Positions 1 through 12,555 of a DNA stretch of 64,000 bases are shown here, piece by piece. Source of the stretch: Flectonema sp. DT1601. Its lineage: Eukaryota. How positions within the stretch are numbered: position 1 is the first letter of the stretch; each line of letters begins with the position of its first letter. The translations under genes and the position numbers were made by a program. Under the pieces are notes generated by a model. That model was not told the DNA's origin, did no database searches, and saw only the letters and a list, made by a program, of their open reading frames with translations. The stretch spans positions 124,001 through 188,000 of the forward strand of contig OZ025799.1 in NCBI GenBank assembly GCA_964019425.1, read 5' to 3'.

Positions 1-3000
1 AACTTGAGCTGAAATACACCTGCCCTCCAGTACACGATGCAACATTACCAACTGTTGCTAATTCACACGGACCGTGCGGAAACGCAAAGATATCAACGCA
101 GATTTGTCTCTTCGCCAGGTTTGTTGCCAAGTCTGTCCAGAATCCTTGCTGCGGATTGTAAAGGTCTTTCTCCTTATCAGTTCCAAGTAATTTTCTGTCG
201 TCACGTGGTTTCAAGGAACCAACACCAGTTCCAGGTAATTCACTGTAAGTGAGCATCACACGTCCTCCTGTGCTGTCAAGTACGAGACCGGCAGCTTGTA
301 GTGCGGCACCCAAACAACTTCCGTCCTCGCCAATATTCTCCGACATGGCAGAAAGTCTGTCAATAAAGCGGAGGCACGTGTCTAAATGATCACCAATCTT
401 TACCCAGCAAACTTTGTTGAATGGGAGCGGAACGAACATTTCATCAACATCAGAAGCTAAGTAGACTGGTAATGACTGCTTAGTCATGTCGTAGAAGTGA
501 ACAGAGGATGCGTAGGTTAAAAATGCAACTTCACACTCGGGAAATTTCTGCGACATTTCTGTAAGGGCAACATGAAGAGATGCAACAAGAGATTGTACAA
601 CGTGTCCAGACTTCTTGCTGATGTCGAGGACAAAGAGTTGGCGCATAGGAAGAATTGGAGCAGCATTTTTCTGATCCCAGTCATTACCACCAAATGAGAC
701 ACTCTCATCTAACTGGACATCCCATTCTACGGAACCAAATCTTAACTCAGGACGATCATCAATATCTACTCTTACCCCGTCAGCATCCAGGTTTGCAGCA
801 TAATCTTGACTGACATCATTTGGAACTCCACACATGTTACAATTCCATCTGCGACCTTTATCAACAAACTGAACACCACTATTAATAAATGCACGACATC
901 TTTTACATCTGATTGGTCCATTTTCGTCAGTTCCCACAACAGGAACTTTCTGCTCTCCGATCTCCGGCGTTGCCAATGGACAAACAGAAACACCCCACGG
1001 AATGCCGACTCGCTGAAGCATTCCACTATCATAAGGTATGCTGTACATCGACGTCCTCATAAAACGTGGTGAGGCATTCCTCTCGTCAATTGCTACAAAT
1101 TGAGAATCTGCAGCAGGTGGCGCATCTTGTGTGGACGTATCAAATCTCTTTTTCGAAGCGTGAAGTCCTCCACTGACTGGCTGCGGAACGCTTGCGCTGT
1201 CAATTTGATTCTTCTTAGTTTTACTGGGCCTAAAATCCTTTTTACCAAGTCCAGTTGGTAAGTTAGAGTCAGTTGGTGATGTTGCTTGTGGATACCCGCC
1301 TTGTGTGGGTGCTGTTTGTACTTGTGGAGGCCTGTTGTGTCCATATCCATCATTAGTACCATCCGCATCCATTCCCATCTGCGGTGGCATCCCAGGAGAC
1401 TTCTGCGGCATTTGTGGTGGAGCCTTTCCTAGTTGTTGCTGCGGGGGGAGTGGCATTCCAGATCTTTGCATTCCTGGCTGTTGATGTTGTGGAGGCATTC
1501 CAGGCTGTTGCTGCGGCGGCATTCCTGGTCTTTGCTGCGGGGGCATTCCTGGTTGTTGTTGTTGCTGCGGCATTCCAGGCATTTGTTGCTGTGAGGGAAT
1601 CCCTGGTTGTTGTTGCGGGCTAGGTGGCATTCCTGATCTCTGCTGTGTATAACCTCCCGAAGGAAAACCGCCTTGTGCTGAAGGGGCATCACCTTGTTGT
1701 TTTTGTTGGGTTCCAAGAGGTGCAGGCATTCCTCCTTGAACAGGTGGTCGCTGAATAGGGGCAACTGAAGATTGCTGCTGAGGTGGAAGTCCTCCTTGTG
1801 GCTGAGCAGTTGATGGCATTCCACCCTGCGGAGGTACACCCGTCTGCTGCTGTGGCAGTCGTTGAGCAGGAGCGCCAGCATTCATAGGTGGTGGTCCTCC
1901 TCCCTGTGGGGGTGGCATACCTCCCTGCTGTGGCGGTCTCTGTGGCGGTGGCATTCCCCCCTGCCCCGGTGGCGGGCGCTGCGGCACTCCCCCTTGTGGT
2001 GCCGCTTGTTGTTGCTGAGGAGGTCGCTGCATTCCTTGTGCAGATGGCATTCCCTTCGGCATTTCTGCTGCTGATCCAGTGGGACCCGTCGGCATGCCTT
2101 TCGGATGCATTCCTCCCTGTGGCGGTACTCCAGGTGTTGGCATTCCCCCTGATCCTTGAGGTGGTGGTACTCCTCCCTGTGCTCCCTGTGGCGGCATTCC
2201 AGGTCTCTGAGGTCCCCCTTGTGGTGCTCCCTGTGACGACATTCCTCCCTGCGGCGGCATTCCAGGTCTCTGAGTTGTTCCCTGCTGCACAGGCATTGGT
2301 GCTCCTTGTGGCATTCCTCCCTGCGGCGGCATTCCAGGTCTCTGAGGTGTTCCCTGTTGCGCAGGCATAGGTGCTCCTTGAGGTGGCGGCATTCCTCCTT
2401 GTGGCGGCATTCCAGGTCTCTGAGGTGTTCCTTGTTGCGCAGGCACAGATGCTCCTTGTGGTGGCGGCATTCCTCCTTGTGGCGGCATTCCAGGTCTCTG
2501 AGGTGTTCCCTGTTGGGTAGGCATAGGTGCTCCTTGAGGTGGCGGCATTCCTCCTTGTGGTGGCATTCCAGTTCTCTGAGGTGTTCCCTGCTGTGGAGGC
2601 ATTCCGCCTTGTGGTGCTCCTTGTGGTGGCGGCATTCCTCCCTGTGGAGGCATTCCAGGTCTCTGAGGTATTCCCTGCTGTGGAGGCATTCCGCCTTGCG
2701 GTGCTCCTTGTGGTGGCGGCATTCCAGGTCTCTGCGGCATTCCCTGCTGTGGAGGCATTCCACCTTGTGGTGCTCCCTGCGGCGGCGGCATTCCTCCCTG
2801 TGGAGGCATTCCGGGTCTCGGTATTCCTGCTTGCGGTGTTGGCATTCCTCCTTGCGATGCTCCCTGTTGTGGGGGCATTCCAGGTCTCTGCGGCATCCCA
2901 CCCTGCGGTGCTCCTTGTGGTGGTGGCATTCCTCCCTGTGCTCCCTGTGGAGGCATTCCAGGTCTCTGCGGCATTCCCTGCGGCGCTCCTTGTGGTGGCA

Positions 3001-3301
3001 TTCCTCCCGGTGGTGCACCCTGTGGTGGTGGCATTCCAGGTCTCTGCGGCATTCCCCCTTGTGGTGCACTCTGTGGTGGTGGCATTCCTCCCTGTGGAGG
3101 CATTCCAGGTCTCTGCGGCATTCCCTGCGGTGCTCCCTGTGGCGGCATTCCCCCTTGCGGTGCACTCTGTGGTGGTGGCATTCCTCCCTGTGGCGCTCCG
3201 AGTGGTACTTGCATTGGTGGTCTTTGTGGCATTCCCTGCGGTTGCTGACCAACTTGTTGAGGTGGCGGGTGCATGCCTCCAGTCGGGGGGGGCTGATTCA
3301 T
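1..3301 (-). CDS. SEC24: Sec24 COPII coat subunit (Sec24C/D-like), 3' end outside the window
   Basis: Absent from the ORF track because its stop lies outside the window. ATG at 3301 ([14 protein letters not shown]...), then a long P/Q/G/M-rich N-terminus. Sec24 motifs follow in the same frame: [15 protein letters not shown], zinc finger [13 protein letters not shown]...WNCNMCG, and trunk-domain [16 protein letters not shown] at the window edge. Confidence 0.93.
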   Translation of the reverse strand, partial: MNQPPPTGGMHPPPQQVGQQPQGMPQRPPMQVPLGAPQGGMPPPQSAPQGGMPPQGAPQGMPQRPGMPPQGGMPPPQSAPQGGMPQRPGMPPPQGAPPGGMPPQGAPQGMPQRPGMPPQGAQGGMPPPQGAPQGGMPQRPGMPPQQGASQGGMPTPQAGIPRPGMPPQGGMPPPQGAPQGGMPPQQGMPQRPGMPPPQGAPQGGMPPQQGIPQRPGMPPQGGMPPPQGAPQGGMPPQQGTPQRTGMPPQGGMPPPQGAPMPTQQGTPQRPGMPPQGGMPPPQGASVPAQQGTPQRPGMPPQGGMPPPQGAPMPAQQGTPQRPGMPPQGGMPQGAPMPVQQGTTQRPGMPPQGGMSSQGAPQGGPQRPGMPPQGAQGGVPPPQGSGGMPTPGVPPQGGMHPKGMPTGPTGSAAEMPKGMPSAQGMQRPPQQQQAAPQGGVPQRPPPGQGGMPPPQRPPQQGGMPPPQGGGPPPMNAGAPAQRLPQQQTGVPPQGGMPSTAQPQGGLPPQQQSSVAPIQRPPVQGGMPAPLGTQQKQQGDAPSAQGGFPSGGYTQQRSGMPPSPQQQPGIPSQQQMPGMPQQQQQPGMPPQQRPGMPPQQQPGMPPQHQQPGMQRSGMPLPPQQQLGKAPPQMPQKSPGMPPQMGMDADGTNDGYGHNRPPQVQTAPTQGGYPQATSPTDSNLPTGLGKKDFRPSKTKKNQIDSASVPQPVSGGLHASKKRFDTSTQDAPPAADSQFVAIDERNASPRFMRTSMYSIPYDSGMLQRVGIPWGVSVCPLATPEIGEQKVPVVGTDENGPIRCKRCRAFINSGVQFVDKGRRWNCNMCGVPNDVSQDYAANLDADGVRVDIDDRPELRFGSVEWDVQLDESVSFGGNDWDQKNAAPILPMRQLFVLDISKKSGHVVQSLVASLHVALTEMSQKFPECEVAFLTYASSVHFYDMTKQSLPVYLASDVDEMFVPLPFNKVCWVKIGDHLDTCLRFIDRLSAMSENIGEDGSCLGAALQAAGLVLDSTGGRVMLTYSELPGTGVGSLKPRDDRKLLGTDKEKDLYNPQQGFWTDLATNLAKRQICVDIFAFPHGPCELATVGNVASCTGGQVYFSSS
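1390..3290 (-). repeat. Coding low-complexity repeat (QRPGMPPQ / [10 protein letters not shown] units) in the Sec24 N-terminus
   Basis: Recurrent ggcattcc/ggcattccaggtctctg motifs. A clean 78-bp period is visible at 2331, 2409, 2487 and 2565. Confidence 0.9.
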
Positions 3302-4307
3302 CTTGTATTTACCTCCCTCAACAGTAAACGGGGGTCTGTGTAAGGAATAAAATAGTTAGTATTTTTTTACCATTAGCTAACAATAGCGGCAGTTATCACA
3401 AAATAAATAAATAAAATCAAATCAAATCAATAAATAGAAAGGACAAATAAAATAATGGTTTACCTTTCAGGGATAAATTAAAAGACTTTTTTTCGCATCG
3501 ACATAGTTATTATTTTACTACTTAACATGGAATTAATTACTTTGGCTCAAACCAGCGCCTACTAGGCAAATAAGACAAAAAAAAAAGAATAATACTCGTT
3601 ACGTACTCCACTTAAATGAACCTGTCCAAAGGAGGCCCGCCAGTTTTTTTTTTTTTTTTTTTTCTCCTTAAAAAATTATTTTAAATCTATTTTATGCTTT
3701 TCCTCTCAATAAAAATTATGCTCATTTTTTTTTTCAATCAGTATAAGCAAACGTTTGGAAAGGGGACACCCTTTTTTTTTTAATTTTTTTGTTTTGCAAT
3801 AAGTAACTTAGAAAACGGTTTTCAGGCTGAACAGAGCTCTCCGCTGATTCCATGAACAACACTGGCGGAGGGAAATGAGGTCAGACAGATTAATAGGGGA
3901 AGAGAGCATCTTAATTGTGATTAATACAAAAAACTAGATAAATTGTTATATGCAGCAATAAACACAACAAGAAAAAACAAATAAATTTCCGTGATTTGCA
4001 AAAAAGTGGGAAGGGAGAAGAAAAAATGAACTTTTTTTTTTTTTTTTTTAAAGAAGAGAGGAGAGAATATTAAAAAAGGGTTAAATATGTAATTTTTCAG
4101 CTTTGCAATCTATTTTATTAAATCATTGCGACAACTTCATTTTTTCAGAGTAGTTGCTGCTACAATACTAAAGAACCTTTAACCAAAAGATGATTTTAAA
4201 AAAAAAAAAAAAATTAGAGACCCACAACGGTGAGCCCGACGACCAAAAAAGATACATGAACAAGCATGCGTGTAATAGTAATAATAATAATAAATAACTC
4301 AAAGGTT

Positions 4308-7300
4308 TTAGATTGGTGATTGCGGCAAAGGAGGAACAGCGCATTCAAAGTGCATAGTGGGCTGTAGTCTCTGAATGACAGAGCGATCAAAAGCAGTTAT
4401 AATGCAAGCTGACTGATCAACAATATGATGATATGGTAGCTTCCCTGACAAGTCAGAAATATCAGATTTAGCTCCAGCTTCCAGGAGATGATTAGCGAGA
4501 ATCCAGAATGATGAACGAGCTGCTAAATGAAGAGCAGTCATACCTGACTGGTCTTGTGAATCCACGACACCTGACCCTCCTCTGATATCAACCAAAAGAT
4601 TAATAACATCTCTCATCTCTGGATTGTTATAAGAAGAAACACTTGCTGCAAAGTGTAGAGGAGTATTACCACCAGCTGCTTGTAGTGTTAGTGAAGCCCC
4701 ACGTTGTATCAACGCAGAGATAACTCTTTTCCTTCCTGATCTCGCAGCAGCATGCAACGGCGAAACACCATCTCCATTTTGAAGCGCCAATATGGAAGGA
4801 TCTTTCATCAGTCTGTTCACAAGTTCTAACCACTCATCAGTTTCACATTCCTGTAACACAGCATAGTGTAATGCACATTGGTGTCTATTGTCGAGGTGCT
4901 TAGGATCCGCACCAGCATCGAGCAGTATATTGGCCATCTCAATCTTATTCGGTTCCATCGCATAATGAAGCGGTGATGTCATTAATGGAAGTCCCTGCAC
5001 TGCTTCAGGGATTACGAGTCTTTTGTAGAGATCCAAACGTGTTATGAATTCCGGCTGTTATTTGTAATTATAAATATAAAAATACTACACTACTTTATGT
5101 AAAACACAGGTGACAAGAGGTAAACATACCGCAGTAGCGTACATCACTGGCGTTGCTCCGCTGCTGTTACGAATAGCTGGGTTCGCACCCGAATCGAGTA
5201 GCATGTCGATGAATCTTGATTTGGTTTGAATAGCAGCGAAGAGAGGTGTGCTGCCTTCTTTATTAGGTTCGTTGATTGTCGTTGCATCAATTAACTCTTC
5301 AAGTACTCGAGCAGCGTTTGGGTGGTCTTCAAACTTTGGAACAGTTAATGCTGCATGTAGAGGAGTGTATCCAAGTGAGTCTTTAATTGTCTTATCTGCT
5401 CCAAGAGAAAGGAGTAGACTGGCTCGTCCCTTTTTATTCTCTCTTAAAGAACTATGTAATATAGTCATACCACGATGTTCACCAGCATCTGGGATTGTGT
5501 TGAGTGTTGTTGGTGTAGCAAGTTGTGAAGTTAATAAGTTGACGTCTTCGAATGGAATCTCAAGTTCCTGGTGTGGTATTATCGTTGATCTTTTCATTGC
5601 AGCAAATAAAAGAGACAAAGCTGAGGAACCATGTGAGCTCATTATGTTGGGATCGGCACCACTTTCAAGCAACTCTTTCGCCATTAACAAGTGTAGATTC
5701 TTACAACTTCTCATCAGTGGTGTCATTCCATCATTACCAACATCATTAAGGGAAGTCTTTGATAAAAATAATTTCCTCACCGACTGTACTAACTCGTCCT
5801 TTTGCTTAAACTTGTCATTCTTTGCAACTGCTTCAACTAAATCTGGAGTAATAGGTTTAGAACGATAGTGTAGTAGTAATTGTAATAACTTTACTCTGCC
5901 TGTTTCAATAGCGTGAAGAAGTTCTCCGTTATCATCACCGAGTTCAGCTCCCAGTGAGTTTGCATTTTTGAAATTTGATTCGGTGGTATCGACTTCCTCA
6001 AGTAGCATTTTATGTTCCTTGTATCGGGGTAACCAGTATCCATATTCTAGACGAATCCAATTCGGTTCAACTGTTCGTGCGGAGAGGATTTCACCCCTCA
6101 ATGGACCTGCCATCTTTGTCTCAATTGCTGAGTAGTCTTGTTTTGTTCTCAATGCTATTCCCTTTTCTGGAAGCACTCGGAATTGTCTCCTCTGAACAGG
6201 TGGTGTCACTGGATGAGATACTTGTGTTGGTGGAGGATTTAATAGTTGAGGTTGGGAATAATGTTGTGGAACATTTCTTAAATTAGAAGAACTATTTTGT
6301 GGAGTAACAGACATTTCTGACAAAGCTAAAACACATTCTTCTTCATTAGCTAGACCGTATTGTTTTACAACGTCATCAACTATTGCAGCGTCCAGTGTAC
6401 CAAACATCTCTCTCAGTGATCCCAATGAGCTTTCTCTTGTTAGTTCTGACTGTGGAGGAGATATCTTTGTCTTTGTTGTGGTTGCAGCTGCTTGTTGTGG
6501 TACCTGAAGTGGGTTTTCCTCAACAGTTTCATTCTGTTCCTGAGTAGTTAAGATATCAATGGATTGTTCTACAGATCCTCCCGTTAGCTCCCAAACTGTT
6601 CGGATGGCTTCTTCACCAAATCCCATTCCTGTTTTTATTTTATTTTTTTGTTTTCCAACTTTTTTCATGTCGCTTACATCTTTTATAAATTACACACCGA
6701 GAAGCATCGCCATGCCATCGTCCATCGGCTTCGTAGTCTCTTCTATTTTAATTCCAGTGTTTGCGGTGTATTTTCCCTTCTCTTCATCAATTTCGTACCA
6801 AGTTTCGATTGAAAGCGGATTTCGTGATTCATTTTTTGTACTAATTGCGTATGGTGATGAGGAAGTACCAGCATTTTGGTCAATAAATCCCCACTTTGAA
6901 CCATCAGAAAACAGTTTAATTTTAGAGTCAACTCTGCTGTATAATATCTGACCAGTTGGGGAATTATTTCTAATAGAATAAATACCATCAAGATCGTGTA
7001 CTGATCCAGACACTGACAGAGCTTGCGGTGATATGGTGGTGTCAATATTCGTATGAGATGAAGGGTTCGACTCTGGGAGAGAAAGGGCTGGTGCTGTTTT
7101 TACCTTTTCAGTCAATTCGTTGATTGTATTTTCTGCTTCACGCATTCTCCACTCTTCAGCTAGAATTTCTTGTGCTGACCACTCACTTTGAATACCACCT
7201 GAGTCACTACCTACTCCAGCTACTAACTGATCCCTTCGTTGTTTTGCAGAAGCACATTGCTGCTTCGCTGCTACCAGTTTCTCACTATCAAAATTGATAG

Positions 7301-8162
7301 TTGCTGTTGCTGGTGACTCACAGACATCATCACCAGGTAGTGTTGGTGCTGCGTGTATATTTGATCTCAGTTTCTTCTCCCAGTTCTGAAGCATCACACG
7401 AACATTCTCATCCATCCCTGCGGCTTCATCACTAAACATATATTGTAAAGTATTCCTAGCAGCTGACGATGGCATATTAGAAATATAATTATAACCATCT
7501 GGTGCGATTACTTCTTCCATTGGGTCAGTTGGAATTGGTTGTGTTAATGGAACAACTTTAGGAACCAGGTGCATCTTTCGATAATGTTTTTTAACGAATT
7601 CAATAGTATCACATCGATCTCTTGAAGTTCCAGAACTCGATTGCTTGCAACTGTTGTATAGTTCAGTTGCAATGTCGTTGAGAGAATTCGATTGAGAAGG
7701 AGACTGCCCATGTGATGGGACTCCAGTTGACAGAACCGACTTGAGCGATGCCACAGCTGCTGCGCTATCAGTGTGCGTTCGTAAAACATCAAAAAGGTCG
7801 CTAAAGGGAGAATTTGGTGGAGGCACCGTTTGCTGCTGCTGAACTTGCTTTTGCTCACTATGCGCGTTTGAGGACTGCGGAGAACTGCTGAGTGGAATAG
7901 GCGATGAGCTATTACTTACGCTTTCACCAGCTGTCATGGCAGCAATTTCTCCGAGTTGCATGACGCGAGGAGCTTCTTTCTTTTCTTTCGGAGGGTCCAG
8001 TGGTGGTAATCCGTGTTCGCTCCACGTCCCTGCCAGCAGATCTTTAAAATCGTCATCTGAAGACCCTCCAAGTGGTTTCTTTTTTGCCATCGAATCAACG
8101 CGGACAGCTTGCTCTTGAAACCCTCCCATCATTGCTGCTAACATGTCATCCTCACGAGGCAT
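4308..8162 (-). CDS. UBA + CUE + SH3b-like + ankyrin-repeat protein (~1236 aa, 3 exons)
   Basis: Joins three track ORFs. Exons 8162-6698, 6628-5130, 5054-4308; GT-AG introns 6629-6697 and 5055-5129 keep the frame. The first splice rebuilds a UBA motif (LLG|MGFGEEAIR...TGGSVEQSIDIL). Also a CUE-like segment LREMFGTLDAAIVDDVV and many ankyrin motifs (GMTPLM, GYTPLHAA, GVSPLHAAA, GNTPLHFAA, GMTALHLAA). Confidence 0.85.
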
Positions 8163-11100
8163 GTTTAGGTATCGTCTGATTGAAAGGATTTTATAATATT
8201 GAAGTTAAGTAAGAATTAATTATAATTGAATCAAATATCACATTGCCAATCCATTTGATCATATTTATTGTTTCCCTTGAAATAATTAAATAATCCAATA
8301 GTCAACTTACTACATAAATAACTTCAGTGAGTACACAGAGACTGGGGTGGGCGACAGTAGTGGAGGGCAGTGAAAACGAAAAGGGATACTAGCGAATCTC
8401 GCCGGGAGAGGGGGTCATGTGCTCGACGTTAACAACTCTGTATTCTACGGTCGATGTACAAGAAACAGATGCAAATGATAACGTGCTGACACAGTTGGTG
8501 GATTTTCTTTTCATTCTTTGTTCTCTTTTCGTTTTGGACTTTTCTTCCTTTTTTTCCCACTCTTTGATTGTGAATATCAATCGCATGTCGCTGACACAAA
8601 AATCAGCAGAAAAAAATAGAACAGAACGGAAATAGATTTCTCTAGATCTGTTCTTTTGTTTTTTTTTTCCCTCTCGTTTTAGAAGTACGTTAAAAGTGTC
8701 TACAACACGGGGGAAGTTTAAATTACTTTTTATACCCAAATCAAGTCATTGGAAAAAACATACTTACACTAAGCAGCCTATTCCAAACTGCTATGTATGA
8801 AAAATCGTAGTTTTGTTTTTTTCTATTGGTTCGTTCATTGCTTTTGCGAGCGTTAACAAGTCAATTTTTTTTTTATTTGTTTTTCTCGCAAGCCGTACAA
8901 ATACAACACAATTATGTTCATCAGTGACCTGTGATACTAATTTGAAAGAAACGAATAAAAAGATAAGGTACGAAATTAAATAGGAAAAAAAATGTTTTAT
9001 TTTTTTATTTATTTTTTTTTTCTTTTTGCATTTTGATTGATTATATTTTTTATTTTGTTTTAAATTCCTTTTTTTTTTTTTTTTTTTTTTGGTTTCTTTA
9101 ATTGTTGTGAAAAAAAATTGAACGCTTGCGAATAAAAAAAAAAAAAAGAAAAGAAAAAATGCATAATTATTTATTTATTAATAACCAAACGAATAAACAA
9201 AGGAATATTAGCTATCCTGAACCACTGTTCTGGTGAATAAAAAGACCTTGTTTCTTTTTTTTTTTTTCCCCCTCAACCTCAATTATATTAGTATCTAACC
9301 CTTAATAATGTTAACTTATGCTTTCATTCCTTCAAGGAAACGAATGAAGTCATTTGAGCTTTAACTTAACTCAACATCGAGTCGTTAATTGTCATTAAAA
9401 GCTTCAGCTACGATTATTTATTACAAGCGAGAACCCAATAAAACAAAATTAGGATTTTTTTTTTTTTTTTTTTTTTTTCTTTTTCCCTGCACTCGTGAAA
9501 ATCGCACCCTTCACTAAAAAAAATAGCTAAGAAAAGCTGATTAAAAAGGTTCGTTTATTTTGATAAGGCTGTTGGTACAGAATTCCAATCAACCCCACCA
9601 AACAGCTTCTACATGACAGTTGGGTGGTTAGAATAACTCATTTTGGCTCGCAACGGTAACTAAAATAATATTTTTTTTTTTTCTTTCTTTCTTTCTTTCT
9701 TTCTTTTCTTTTTTTTTTTTTTTTTTCAATCAAAATAATAACAAAATCCAGCGAAGGCACACTAACCCCCCAATCTCCATCCACAAAATTAAAAAAAAAC
9801 TAAACTTCTTCAAATAAATACCTCACAATCATCAAAGTAGACCCGAGAAAAACACTGTAAGTTTACTGGCAGTAAAGCTAGTGGGCCTACTAATAAAAAG
9901 AAGATTATCTGTTGTTTTATATATAAGTACAACTGCATTGCGGAAGTATTTCTTTCTTTAGATTTGTTGAATTGTTAACAAAACAGATATCGATAAAACT
10001 ATTAACAATTTCTTTATGAGGGAATTTACAAAAAAAGAGTTTTGTATTTTTTTTGATACCACACAATAACAACTATGAAACTTGTTTATTAAAACTAAAT
10101 TAAAAACAAAATCAGTTGAAATACACAAACTTCTCTTAGCGCAATAATAATAGAAAGGCGGTTTGTCCAAAAAAAAAAAACCTGATGTTTTGGCACGCGA
10201 ATGGGTCATAGCTAATGAAAGACTACAGCTCAATATTGTGTCTCGCACGAAGAATAAAATAAATAAAAAATAAAATAAAAAAAACTTATAAAATAAAACG
10301 CGTCTAATGTTTTAGCGAATCTCATTAGATAAGTTTTTCCAAGAAGTCGACCCTACCAACATAGAAAAAAAAAAAAAAAAAAACCGTAAGAAAAGATTCC
10401 TTCACAGAATAACTAAAACAAGAACAGTGCTAAAATCAACCTCAGTCAGCAAAGCCCAGAACTGTTGTGTATTGCAAGAACTCTTATTGCGAAGCCTAGG
10501 AGCCAAAAGTCAGGAAAAGCTCAACAGGGTAACATCGTCTGTGAGACGATTAGAGACATATTCGGGCTTCTTTATTGCTTTAGCCTTTTTTTTATTTATT
10601 TTGTTCTCAAAAACAGAATCGTCAGGTAAACGTCACCATGAGGATATAAAGGGTAACAAGCAAAGTTCTCCCAGACCACAAGAGAACAAATAAAAAAAAA
10701 AAAAAAGAAAAAGCAACCCTTCGTTGCTACCTCAGGGAGAAGAAGCGCATTCTTTTTTTATTTAGCCTTCGATGGTGATACAGAAGCTAACGATCGCATC
10801 CGACTGCGGACGTTGTTTTGTGGAAGAAGACGTAAACTGACTATGAACGGATGAAACCTTTTTATTAAAAAGTTTCTTTTTATAAAATTACTCACTTCAT
10901 TTGCTTACAAGTCGGTAAGAACGATAAACAAGTCGCACTATTGTCTACGTCTATTCATGCTTTAGAAAGTTCGCGGGAAAAATAGCACGAAAAAGGAACG
11001 TAGGCTGTGTTCTGTCGTATAACTGTCGATTCGTATTTACATGTGTTTCGTATCAGCAGTTGACAAAAAAAGATTTATTTCATTCCATTCAGTGACCTTG

Positions 11101-12344
11101 CATACCACCAGACAAGTTGTTTTGTGTGACGTTTAGCTTACAACTCATTTCAATTCACTCTTGGTTTCAAACGACTGCACAATCGTCACTTCCTTGGCAA
11201 AGGCAAAAAAAAAGGGGAAAGAAAACGGAAAGCCATGTTACAGGTAGTAGTAGTAGAAGGGTACTAAAGATGAAGAAGAGAATACTCACAGAAAAGAAAA
11301 AAAGGGAAAAAGAAAAGATAAAAAAAAACAGCCCATAACTAGCTTCGGTCAGCTATGGAATAAAACGCTCCGGTTAGTGTACTTCCAACACCACTACTTC
11401 CATAACACAAACTTTTCACAATACCAAGGCATGTCTTTTATTATTATCTTGACTTCAGAAGGCTGTTGTTCGAATACGAGAACGGCCGTGAAGAAGCCAA
11501 AAAAAAACTCAATTAAAAAAAAGAAAACTGAAACTCAACACAGCACAAAGAAGAGAAGAATAAACAAATATGGAATAGTGATCCTTAAGAATGACAACAC
11601 ACTTCAATACTTTGAAAAAGCTACCTACATCACTCAAATGTTCGTTTGCAACAAGTCGTTGCTGTGACTGTGACTGAGTATAAAAAACTACAATTTACGG
11701 AACAACTTTTTTAAAAAAAAAAAAAACAATAAATAAATAAATAAAATAAATAAATAAATAACCAATCGCAACAGCAATACATAATATCAAAAAAAAAAAA
11801 AAAAAAAAGGGAATAAAAATAAAAACTTCTCATAAACTAGATGTTTTTATATTAATTTTTTTATTATGGTGGTTGTTAGAAAAAAAAGATACAAAAAAAA
11901 CATGAGATTTCCCAATCTCATTATTATCACATTCACATACCTTTCCAACTCTGTACTAATTAAAGAGATCAGATATGCCAAGCTGCGACAGATAAAAAGA
12001 GAAACCCGCTTCTATTCCCCCAATCTCTTTAGGCTGAAGATCATCGCTGAAATTTGCGAATGCCACAGCAGGTACTTAGAATGCTGCACACGATCAGTTG
12101 TGAAACTGATTTAAGTGACAGAAAACACATACGCAAAAAAGGAAAAGAAGTCGTACCGTTTTTGGAAAAAAAAGAAAAGAGGGGGTTGGGATCACAAAAA
12201 CGACCAAATCAATTTTGTTCCTTTCAGTCTCTGTCTTTTTTTTCCATACCGACACACAGTACCGTAAGCACGAATCACCGTGTTTTGCGGGTTTTTTCAA
12301 GATCAGTGGACAAAAGGAGGGAAGGAAAAAAACTCAAGACTTAA

Positions 12345-12376
<32 letters not shown>

Positions 12377-12555
12377 ACGAGTAAATTTACGAATGGCCAC
12401 CATAATGAAAGAAAAAAGGGGTCGCTCACAAGACTGCATTTTGTTCACTGCCGAGTGTTGTTACTCCAACTACAACATGCACACTTTGTAGTTACGTACG
12501 AATGCAAGGCCTACAGCACATACTTAGGTTTGCTATAAAAAACCTTCTTCAGGGA

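Noticed and set aside
1384..3343. Several long ORFs (RREC/HH-rich, VVAAF-rich, WRHS-rich) in the track
   Set aside because: Alternative frames of the Sec24 low-complexity repeat. The true frame starts at 3301 and is missing from the track because it has no stop in the window.
3336..3463. Possible 5'UTR cis intron in Sec24 (GTAAAC donor near 3463)
   Set aside because: It cannot be distinguished from a trans-splice acceptor region without transcripts, so it is not annotated. It is a caveat for the acceptor-class finding.
8163..12555. Lys/Phe-rich short ORFs and possible tRNA, snoRNA or SL RNA genes in the spacers (also 50900-53810)
   Set aside because: The ORFs derive from A/T homopolymers. 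I saw no cloverleaf, box motif pair or spliced-leader-like sequence by eye, though a covariance search was not possible.
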